DNA of 34,779 nucleotides from Bacteroidales bacterium (GTDB lineage Bacteria; Bacteroidota; Bacteroidia; Bacteroidales; WCHB1-69): NCBI GenBank assembly GCA_012838875.1, contig DUOL01000072.1, positions 1 to 34,779 of the forward strand, read 5' to 3'. Shown piece by piece: positions 26,948 to 34,779 of this stretch (position 1 is its first letter; each line of letters starts with the position of its first letter). The notes under the pieces were generated by a model. It saw only the letters and a program-made list of their open reading frames with translations, ran no database searches and was not told where the DNA came from. The position numbers and the translations under genes were made by a program.

Positions 26948-29599
26948 ATGAAGCAAGAAATTAGCACAAAGTACGACCCAAAAAACATTGAGAATAAATG
27001 GTATAATTTTTGGATGGAGAATAAACTTTTTAGTTCTACTCCCGACCATCGCCCGTCTTATACGATTGTTATTCCACCGCCTAACGTTACCGGCGTACTA
27101 CACATGGGGCACATGCTTAATAATACCATACAAGATATTTTAGTTCGAAGAGCCAGAATGTTGGGATTTAACACGCTTTGGGTACCCGGCACTGACCACG
27201 CTTCTATTGCTACGGAAGCGAAAGTGGTTGCTTTACTTAAAGAAAAAGGAATTGAAAAGAAAGATATTTCTCGCGAAGAGTTCCTACAATATGCTTGGGA
27301 ATGGAAAGAGAAACACGGCGGAATAATTTTACAACAATTGAAAAAATTAGGAGCTTCGTGCGATTGGGATAGAACGAAATTTACTATGGATGACGATTTA
27401 TCGGAATCGGTAATTGACGCTTTTATAGATTTGTACAATAAAGGGAAAATATATCGTGGCGTGCGCATGGTGAACTGGGACCCAAAAGCCTTAACTGCTC
27501 TTTCAGACGAAGAGGTAATCTATCAAGAAGTAGAATCAAAGTTATATTACGTTAAGTACCATATTGAAGGGGATAGCGATAATTATCTCACAATCGCCAC
27601 TACACGCCCGGAAACTATTTTTGGGGATACCGCCGTTTGTGTACACCCCGATGATAAACGTTATCAACATCTAAAAGGGAAAAAAGCTGTTATCCCTCTC
27701 GTAAATCGTGTTGTTCCTATTATTTTTGACGATTACGTCGACCCTGAATTTGGAACAGGAGCGTTGAAAATTACGCCTGCTCACGATATTAATGATTACC
27801 ATTTGGGAATTAAACATAAATTGGATTCTATCAACATTTTTAATGACAACGGTACACTGAACGAAAACGCTCAATTTTTTATCGGAGAAGATAGATTCAC
27901 AGCTCGTAAAAAGGTGATTCCTTTATTGGAAAAAGAAGGACTCTTACTGAAAATTGAAAATTATACAAACAAAGTCGGTTTTTCCGAACGTACCAACGAA
28001 GTTATTGAGCCCAAATTGTCGTTGCAGTGGTTTTGCGAAATGGAAAGTTTAGCAAAACCTGCTCTGCAAGTTGTCATGGACGATACTATTAAGTTTTATC
28101 CGGAAAAATTCAAAAATAGTTATGCCCATTGGTTAGAAAACGTAAAAGATTGGTGCATCAGTCGTCAATTATGGTGGGGACATCGTATTCCTGCTTACTA
28201 CCTGCCCAATGGTGAGTTTGTTATCGCTAAAAGTAAGGAAGAGGCATACGAAATCGCGAAGAAGAAATTCCCCGATTCTCAATTTACTATCCAAGATTTA
28301 AAGCAAGATGAAGATGTTTTGGACACGTGGTTTTCTTCGTGGCTGTGGCCTATCTCCGTGTTCGACGGCATACGTTATCCCGAGAACCCTGACATTAACT
28401 ACTACTACCCTACCTCTGCACTGATTACAGCTCCGGACATTATTTTTTTCTGGGTAGCGCGTATGATTATGGCAGGATTGGAGTGGCGGAACGAGATTCC
28501 TTTCAAATCGGTCTATTTTACAGGAACGGTACGTGACCACTTGCGAAGAAAAATGTCCAAGTCGTTAGGAAACTCGCCCGAACCTTTGGAATTAATCGAG
28601 AAATTCGGAGCTGACGGCGTTCGTTTTGGCATGCTACATAGTTCGCCCGCAGGGAACGATTTACTTTTTGATGAGGCTCTTTGCGAACAAGGACGCAACT
28701 TTAACAATAAAATCTGGAACGCCTTTAGACTAATTAAAGGCTGGCAAATTTCAGAAACCGTTGAAGAACCGCAATCTTTTACTATTGCTTTACGATGGTT
28801 TAAAGCTCGTTTGAATTCGGTGTTAGCAGAAATTGAAGATAGTTTTGAAAAATTTCGACTCTCCGAAGCACTCATAGCCACGTACAAACTTATTTGGGAC
28901 GACTTTTGCTCGTGGTTTCTTGAAATTGTTAAACCTCCCTATCAACAACCCATAAACGCAAAATCGTACAGCGAGATTATCGATATCTTCGAACAGCTGA
29001 TGCAACTTTTACACCCTTTTATGCCCTTTATTACCGAAGAGTTATGGCAAAATCTACGAAAAAGAGAAAAAAATGAGTCAATTATGTACTCTACCTTCCC
29101 TAAGTCGGAGCCTAAAGAGGAAAACCATCAACTACTGAATGATTTTGAAGCTGCCAAAAAAATTATCGAAAATATTCGTCGTATCCGCACGGAACATAAC
29201 ATCCCAATAAAAAATAACCTCGATTTAATAGTTAAGGCGAAGAAAACGCCGCAAACCTATGATTTAGATGAGATAATTAAAAAGCTGGCTAATCTCAATT
29301 CCATTCAATATCAAGAAGAAAACATCGATACTACACTCTCATTTATTGAACAAAATGTAGAATATTTTATCCCCTATAAAGTAGAAGCTAATATTGAAGA
29401 GGAGGTGAAAAAGATAGAAGATGAACTACGCTACACGAAAGGATTCTTGCAAAGTACATTAAAAAAACTGGCTAATGAGAAGTTTGTAAACGGAGCGCCC
29501 GAAGCTGTTGTCGCTATGGAACGAAAAAAACAGGCGGACGCCGAGGAGAAAATTACGCTTTTAGAAGCTAAGCTCGCACAATTAAATCAAACTAAATAA
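26948..29599 (+). CDS. valS: valine--tRNA ligase
   Basis: 883 aa; class I motifs [13 protein letters not shown] and KMSKSLGN; C-terminal coiled coil. Confidence 0.97.
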   Translation: MKQEISTKYDPKNIENKWYNFWMENKLFSSTPDHRPSYTIVIPPPNVTGVLHMGHMLNNTIQDILVRRARMLGFNTLWVPGTDHASIATEAKVVALLKEKGIEKKDISREEFLQYAWEWKEKHGGIILQQLKKLGASCDWDRTKFTMDDDLSESVIDAFIDLYNKGKIYRGVRMVNWDPKALTALSDEEVIYQEVESKLYYVKYHIEGDSDNYLTIATTRPETIFGDTAVCVHPDDKRYQHLKGKKAVIPLVNRVVPIIFDDYVDPEFGTGALKITPAHDINDYHLGIKHKLDSINIFNDNGTLNENAQFFIGEDRFTARKKVIPLLEKEGLLLKIENYTNKVGFSERTNEVIEPKLSLQWFCEMESLAKPALQVVMDDTIKFYPEKFKNSYAHWLENVKDWCISRQLWWGHRIPAYYLPNGEFVIAKSKEEAYEIAKKKFPDSQFTIQDLKQDEDVLDTWFSSWLWPISVFDGIRYPENPDINYYYPTSALITAPDIIFFWVARMIMAGLEWRNEIPFKSVYFTGTVRDHLRRKMSKSLGNSPEPLELIEKFGADGVRFGMLHSSPAGNDLLFDEALCEQGRNFNNKIWNAFRLIKGWQISETVEEPQSFTIALRWFKARLNSVLAEIEDSFEKFRLSEALIATYKLIWDDFCSWFLEIVKPPYQQPINAKSYSEIIDIFEQLMQLLHPFMPFITEELWQNLRKREKNESIMYSTFPKSEPKEENHQLLNDFEAAKKIIENIRRIRTEHNIPIKNNLDLIVKAKKTPQTYDLDEIIKKLANLNSIQYQEENIDTTLSFIEQNVEYFIPYKVEANIEEEVKKIEDELRYTKGFLQSTLKKLANEKFVNGAPEAVVAMERKKQADAEEKITLLEAKLAQLNQTK

Positions 29600-29610
29600 A
29601 ATTCCCCATT

Positions 29611-29781
29611 ATGAAAACAGTGTTTGGTTTCGTCCTAATCATCGGATTTTTCATTATCATTATCTCCATGTCATCAATAGATAATAAATTTCCAATTATG
29701 GTAGGAGCTATTGTTGGCGGGACTGTGGCTTTTATTATAGGGAAAATTATTATTTATCGTAGAAACAAGAAAAATAGATAA
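29611..29781 (+). CDS. small two-TM membrane protein (hypothetical)
   Basis: 56-aa ORF below the track cutoff: MKTVFGFVLIIGFFIIIISMSSIDNKFPIMVGAIVGGTVAFIIGKIIIYRRNKKNR. Two hydrophobic helices and a basic tail. Starts 12 nt after valS. Confidence 0.4.
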   Translation: MKTVFGFVLIIGFFIIIISMSSIDNKFPIMVGAIVGGTVAFIIGKIIIYRRNKKNR

Positions 29782-29790
29782 CTATTCCGA

Positions 29791-30501
29791 CTATCTGCCA
29801 AGTAAAAAAATGGTAGGCTGTTTATGTAAATCTATTTCTTCTTTCCTCCATTTAGAGATAGACAAAGTAACTATTTTTTCTTCACGTGTCGTTATATTAG
29901 TTGCGACACAAAGTTTTAAATCCGGATTACAAACTGTTAGTATAGAAGCCAATAGCTGATTATTTCGATAGGGTGTTTCAATAAAAATTTGCGTTTGTCC
30001 GGTTCTGAAAATTAACGATTCCAAAAACCGCAACTCTTTTTCGCGTTTACTTTTTTCAATAGGCAAATATCCATGAAAGGCAAAATTTTGTCCATTTAAG
30101 CCTGACGCCATCAGCGCAAGAACTATGGAATTAGGACCTACAAGCGGGACAACACGCATATTCAGTCGATGGGCTTCTTGCACAATAAGGTGTCCGGGAT
30201 CGGCAATACATGGAATTCCGGCATCGGATAACAACCCGATATCTTTACCCTTTTTGGCATTTTCTCGTAAAAAAAACAACAATTCTTCATTTTCGCCATT
30301 TTTCTTAAACGAGATAAAAGTTAAATCATCAATTTTCTTTGAAATTCCCAATTTTATCAAAAAACGCCGTGCAGTTCTTTCATCTTCGACAATAAAGGCA
30401 TCTATTTTGTCCACAACTGACAAGTTTGACGATGGAAAGAGAGTACTATAATCGGCTTCGCCGAGTGGTGAAGGAATAAGATATAGGGTTGACTCGGTCA
30501 T
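29791..30501 (-). CDS. SAM-dependent methyltransferase, RsmI / tetrapyrrole-methylase fold family
   Basis: 236 aa; LYLIPSPLGE N-terminus and the SDAGIPCIADPG motif as in RsmI-type enzymes. Confidence 0.75.
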   Translation of the reverse strand: MTESTLYLIPSPLGEADYSTLFPSSNLSVVDKIDAFIVEDERTARRFLIKLGISKKIDDLTFISFKKNGENEELLFFLRENAKKGKDIGLLSDAGIPCIADPGHLIVQEAHRLNMRVVPLVGPNSIVLALMASGLNGQNFAFHGYLPIEKSKREKELRFLESLIFRTGQTQIFIETPYRNNQLLASILTVCNPDLKLCVATNITTREEKIVTLSISKWRKEEIDLHKQPTIFLLGR

Positions 30502-30504
30502 AGA

Positions 30505-31701
30505 TTATTTATCCTCTTTTAAAGCTTTAATTCCCGGCAACTCTTTACCTTCCAGATACTCTAACATTGCCCCCCCGCCGGTACTTATATAGGAGATAAA
30601 ATCGGAAAGTCCATATTTGCTAACGGCAGCAATCGAATCGCCCCCGCCAAGCAAAGAGTACGCTCCCGAAATTGTAGTAACGGCAACACTCAAGGCGATA
30701 GACTGCGTCCCTTTCCCAAATTTATCAACTTCAAAAACTCCAACGGGTCCATTCCAAAGGATAGTTTTCGACTCTTTGATAATTGCCGCAAATTTTCTTA
30801 TAGAGCGTGGTCCTATGTCAACCCCTTCCAAGCCATCAGGAATATGATTTTGTGTTGTGATAAATGTATTGGCATCTTCCGACAAAGCGTCCGCACAAAC
30901 ATTATCAATAGGCAAATAGATATCAACTCCCTTTAAAAGAGCCTTGCCAACAATTTCTTTCGCTACTTCTACCATCTCGGGCTCAAAAATAGAATTACCG
31001 ATTTTTACGCCTAACGCATGAAGAAAAGTATAGCTCATGCCACCTGCAATGATTAAACTATCCACCTTATCAAGCAGATTTACAATAATATTCAATTTTG
31101 TGGAAACTTTAGACCCGCCAATAATAGCCGTAAATGGCGATTTGGGCGTTGCCAATGTCTTTTCTAAGCTAACGACTTCCTCATATAGCAAATAGCCTGC
31201 ATAACTTTTACCGGGGAAAAACTTCACAATTGTAGCGGTTGAGGCATGTTCGCGATGAGCTGTACCAAAAGCGTCATTAACATAAACATCGCCAAGTTCC
31301 GCAATTTTTTTGGCAAAATCCTCATCGCCCTTCTCTTCTCCCTTGTGAAAACGAAGATTTTCCAATAGTGCCACATCACCCGACTTAAGTTTTTTCACTT
31401 TTTCTCGAGTCTCACTGCTCAACACATCGCCCAAAAATATCACTTCTCTATCTAATCCTGTTTTAACTGAATTAACAATATGTTGAAGTGAGAATTTCAT
31501 ATTTACCTCCCCCTTAGGTCGTCCGAGGTGAGACATTAAAATAGCTATGCCGCCGTCACCCACAATTTTATCAATGGTCTTTTTGGTTCGTACAATACGT
31601 GTTGTATCCATAACTTCCAATTGTTCATTTAACGGAACATTATAATCAACACGAATCAATACTTTTTTATCTTTAAAATTAAAATTATCAATAGATTTCA
31701 T
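30505..31701 (-). CDS. pgk: phosphoglycerate kinase
   Basis: 398 aa; KVLIRVDYNVP and AIIGGSKVSTK motifs. Confidence 0.97.
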   Translation of the reverse strand: MKSIDNFNFKDKKVLIRVDYNVPLNEQLEVMDTTRIVRTKKTIDKIVGDGGIAILMSHLGRPKGEVNMKFSLQHIVNSVKTGLDREVIFLGDVLSSETREKVKKLKSGDVALLENLRFHKGEEKGDEDFAKKIAELGDVYVNDAFGTAHREHASTATIVKFFPGKSYAGYLLYEEVVSLEKTLATPKSPFTAIIGGSKVSTKLNIIVNLLDKVDSLIIAGGMSYTFLHALGVKIGNSIFEPEMVEVAKEIVGKALLKGVDIYLPIDNVCADALSEDANTFITTQNHIPDGLEGVDIGPRSIRKFAAIIKESKTILWNGPVGVFEVDKFGKGTQSIALSVAVTTISGAYSLLGGGDSIAAVSKYGLSDFISYISTGGGAMLEYLEGKELPGIKALKEDK

Positions 31702-31731
31702 ATTATTATTTTATATGTTTTTAAATTCACT

Positions 31732-31818
31732 TGGTGCCCGGAACAAGACTCGAACTTGCACAACCTTTTGATTACTACACCCTGAATGTAGCGCGTCTAC
31801 CAATTCCGCCACCCGGGC
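31732..31818 (-). tRNA. tRNA-Leu (anticodon CAG), CCA encoded
   Basis: Minus strand reads GCCCGGGTGGCGGAATTGGTAGACGCGCTACATTCAGGGTGTAG...GTTCGAGTCTTGTTCCGGGCACCA. 7-bp acceptor stem, anticodon loop TTCAGGG, long variable arm, T-loop TTCGAGT. Confidence 0.93.
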
Positions 31819-31838
31819 AATACGGGTTTTTAATTTGA

Positions 31839-31846
31839 CAAAAATA
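31839..31846 (-). promoter_or_regulatory. Bacteroidota -7 promoter box (TATTTTTG) upstream of tRNA-Leu
   Basis: Reverse complement of caaaaata, 21 nt upstream of the tRNA 5' end. Confidence 0.5.
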
Positions 31847-31943
31847 CAAAAAAAGATTATTTTATTCCTCTCTTTTATTTTTTTCTTACGCTACCTGCTC
31901 ATTAATTATTAAAGAAGTCTCTGTTTAGAAGAACACTAACAAA

Positions 31944-33929
31944 CTATTTTTTGGACATTCTGTCAACGGCATCATGCGGAACAATATATTGTTGTTTTTT
32001 AAGTTGCTGATAATAAGACTGTAATATTGCCTTAAGATTTCTTTCCATCACATTAACCTCTCTATTATTTAAAAGATTATTTTTTTGAAAAATATCGTCC
32101 GCAGCAAAAGCCGAAATAACTTTTTCTCCATCAAAATAGATAGTAAGAGAATCGGCAATACCTTGATAAACTTCGTTAATATAAGATGTAGCTATAGAAA
32201 AACGCTCCGGCTCGTTAAAAACGTCTCGTCCAAACGAAAAATAGGGTTTATCGTAACCTAATAGTCCCAATAGGGTTGGCATAACATCTAATTGTTGTGT
32301 TACTTGCGGGTCGAGCCCTTGAAGTACTTTGTCGGGCGTGTAGAGAAAGTAAAAAATCGCCATTCTACCTCGCGGATAACAAGTTTGCGGAGCATAGATT
32401 TCGGGAGAAACATGGTCGGCTATAAAAATAAAAATCGTATTCTTAAACCACGGTTTTTGACTGGATTTCTCGAAGAATTTCCGTATTGACAAGTCACTAT
32501 AAGCTACACAAGGCTGCACCAACGTATGACCTTGCGGCATTTTATCGGCATAATCAGACGGCAACCTAAAAGGATGATGAGATGTGAGGTTGAAACTTGT
32601 TACGCAAAACGGTTCCTCCATTTCATCAATTTTATCTGCCATAAACAAGAAAAAGGGCATATCATAAACACCCCAAAAGGGCTCTATCGTGTTCTCATTG
32701 ACTGCACACTCCGCCATATATTCGTCCTTTGCATAGAAATTCTCAATCCCCGCCATAGACGCATAAGCCTCAAAAAACATTGAGTTTTTCTCCGTACCGC
32801 AAAAAAAAGAGGTACTATAGCCTAAATTTTTTAAAATGGTCGGAAAACCTTCTAAATTACCTAATGACTGCGGTAGCATAACAAAGGGTGCTTTGTAAGA
32901 TGGGATAGATGTTAAAATAGAAGGCAACGCCTCTATAGAACGCAATCCATTCGCATAAGCATTGGTAAATACATATCCTTCTGCCATTAATGAATCCAAA
33001 AAAGGCGTGTAACCATCTTCCGCAGGATATAAATCAGGATTATAAAACTTCGAGTGTTCTTTGCTAAAACTTTCTAATATAAAGAGAACTATATTTCTCC
33101 CCTCCAAATTATACCGTAATGAATCGGAAGGAAAATGATAGGGCGAAAATATTTCTTCAAGCTCCATCTCGGAAAAATAGTTTAACTCTTCAATACTACC
33201 GGCTCCGATAGTCCTAAATAGACAAAAAGGATTGCTTAAAATCAAATAAGATTGTTGTGTATACTGTGCAGCATTACACAAATTATAAGGTCGTAGCTTT
33301 AATTTGAAACCGCCCCTCATGCCCCCAAAAAGTACTAAAATAACAACAATAAAAATTACCGAATGAACAGAATAATAATGCACTCACTTTTTTAGAGAAA
33401 ATGTAAAATAGGGTATTTTTTTATAAAAATATATCATTCCAACTATCAAAATGATAGCTACCAAAACAATCCAAAAAGAATTTACAGACTCTTTTAACAT
33501 AATCGGTAACGTATTTTGATAGTTTGTAAAATGCAACTCTTCGCTCGTAATACGCTTTAGAGAATAATGAAAATAGATGACGTCAATTAAATTAAGAAGT
33601 ACAATAGCTAAACTATTTGTTATAGTATATAACCAAAAAAGGAACTTTTGATAAAACTCCCGTGTCCGAAAATAGAACGGAATGACGGACAACAAAATAA
33701 ATAATAAATTGATATAAAAAATGGAGATTGTATCAAAGACAAAACTTCCTCGCAACAACCTAAAAAAATCATGAAATGCTACCTCGCCGACAATCTCTTT
33801 ATTATAAAAATAGAAAATAATTTTTGTAATAAAAAGGATAACATACAATATTAACAACCTCAATATTAAGGTGCTAATTTCATTCTGAACTACTTTTCTA
33901 ATAAAGTTTTTAAATCTCTCCATCAACAA
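31944..33929 (-). pseudogene. LTA synthase / sulfatase-family membrane protein interrupted by one in-frame TGA (33384-33386)
   Basis: The 181-aa TM-domain ORF (33384-33929) and the 479-aa ORF (31944-33383; NIVLFILESF, TSHHPF, ADHVS sulfatase-fold motifs) are contiguous and in the same frame: ...FTFSLKK-TGA-GTG-CAT... They sum to about 661 codons, the normal length for this family. Confidence 0.8.
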
Positions 33930-33947
33930 ATTTGTTTATGAAGGAAT

Positions 33948-34697
33948 TTACTTATTCGACTTGCGTTGGGGAGGGGTAATTTCTGTTTTGCCCGGAGCAC
34001 TAATCTTGGGCATACTTTTCTTAGTATTTTTCAACATTTTCGGTTTTTCAGATTGTAAAAGTGAAAACAGCACATTTTTATACTCTTTGCAACCTTCAGC
34101 CAAATTTGCCTCAGCCTCGTTCGTTGACATTCCATACACGACAAAAGGGGTTTTCCACTCCATACCGGAATAGATGCACATTAATTGATAAGGACGTAAA
34201 AGTTCATCCATAGTAAATAAATTCCTACCTCCGGAACGGTACGAACTCTCTTCGGAGCCTGTTGTTGTAACTATTAGCAATGGCTTGCCTTTAATAATAT
34301 CGGTTTGCGTAAACGTATAAAACACTTCATCTATCCATTTTTTCATTTGTGAAGGCGCTGACGCAAAATAAAAAGGAAACTGTAATACGATAGCAGAGGC
34401 TTCACGAACTATTTGGGTGTGTTCCTCTATATTAAAACCCTTTTTGGGATTATCATACAAATCTACTATCTTAACAGCAGAAACATTCCGTACCTCTTTG
34501 AGTAGTGCCGCATTGGCTGTTGACTCTTTCAAATTAGGGTGAGCAACAAAAATAACGATAGAATTATTAGCATACAACGTATTAATTTCGGCTTCTGTCA
34601 TCGTTTGAGCGTTAAAACTTCTCGCCTCTTGCGATACAAGTGTCACGGGAGCAAGAAACAAAAGAGTTATTAAATTTAAAAACAACCATTTTTTCAT
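33948..34697 (-). CDS. flavodoxin-like fold NAD(P)H oxidoreductase homolog (KefG / Flavodoxin_2 family) with N-terminal signal-like extension
   Basis: From residue 46, SIVIFVAHPNLKESTANAALL...IVLQFPFYFASAPSQMKKWIDEV...LLRPYQL parallels KefG-type proteins. Residues 1-25, MKKWLFLNLITLLFLAPVTLVSQEA, look like a Sec signal. Confidence 0.8.
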   Translation of the reverse strand: MKKWLFLNLITLLFLAPVTLVSQEARSFNAQTMTEAEINTLYANNSIVIFVAHPNLKESTANAALLKEVRNVSAVKIVDLYDNPKKGFNIEEHTQIVREASAIVLQFPFYFASAPSQMKKWIDEVFYTFTQTDIIKGKPLLIVTTTGSEESSYRSGGRNLFTMDELLRPYQLMCIYSGMEWKTPFVVYGMSTNEAEANLAEGCKEYKNVLFSLLQSEKPKMLKNTKKSMPKISAPGKTEITPPQRKSNK

Positions 34698-34748
34698 AAC
34701 AATATTCTCTTTTTTATAATTAATAAATAGCCATCGGATTTAAAAGAA

Positions 34749-34756
34749 CAAAAATA
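34749..34756 (-). promoter_or_regulatory. Bacteroidota -7 promoter box (TATTTTTG) upstream of the flavodoxin-like gene
   Basis: Reverse complement of caaaaata, about 52 nt upstream of ATG 34697. This supports the long (signal-peptide) start. Confidence 0.45.
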
Positions 34757-34779
34757 AGCCTTTTTACTTATGAAACACC

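Overview
This is an AT-rich chromosomal segment (roughly one-third G+C by eye) of Bacteroidota type. Three things support that placement: recurrent TAnnTTTG -7 promoter boxes, no dependence on Shine-Dalgarno sites, and a T9SS C-terminal sorting domain. Most of the window is housekeeping: a sugar nucleotidyltransferase, tgt, a GT2 glycosyltransferase, an ECF-type sigma factor, a PaaI thioesterase, Xaa-Pro aminopeptidase, a DUF47+PiT phosphate-transport pair, a 13-gene fragment of the S10/spc ribosomal-protein cluster (rplV to rpsE only), an OYE-family flavin oxidoreductase, an M16 peptidase, valS, an RsmI-like methyltransferase, pgk and tRNA-Leu(CAG). The most unusual signal is five copies of a ~165-nt GC-rich (about 68% G+C by hand count) imperfect-palindrome element that I cannot assign to a known family. 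The copies show compensatory changes in a hairpin stem and a GNRA-capped hairpin on one strand. They alternate in orientation, so that inverted pairs bracket two accessory islands. Island 1 (13784-17040) sits directly after rpsE, where rpmD/rplO/secY would normally follow. It carries an intact two-gene type II restriction-modification system (gamma-class m6A methyltransferase plus a small PD-(D/E)XK-like nuclease candidate) and an IS630-like transposase remnant. Island 2 (21445-23648) carries a decayed restriction-enzyme N-terminal remnant fused to a truncated repeat copy, plus a YD-repeat lipoprotein. Other oddities are an LTA-synthase-family gene split by a single in-frame TGA, no TGA terminator on any native CDS in the window, and a KefG/flavodoxin-like oxidoreductase homolog with an apparent Sec signal peptide. 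No rRNA genes or CRISPR arrays were seen.
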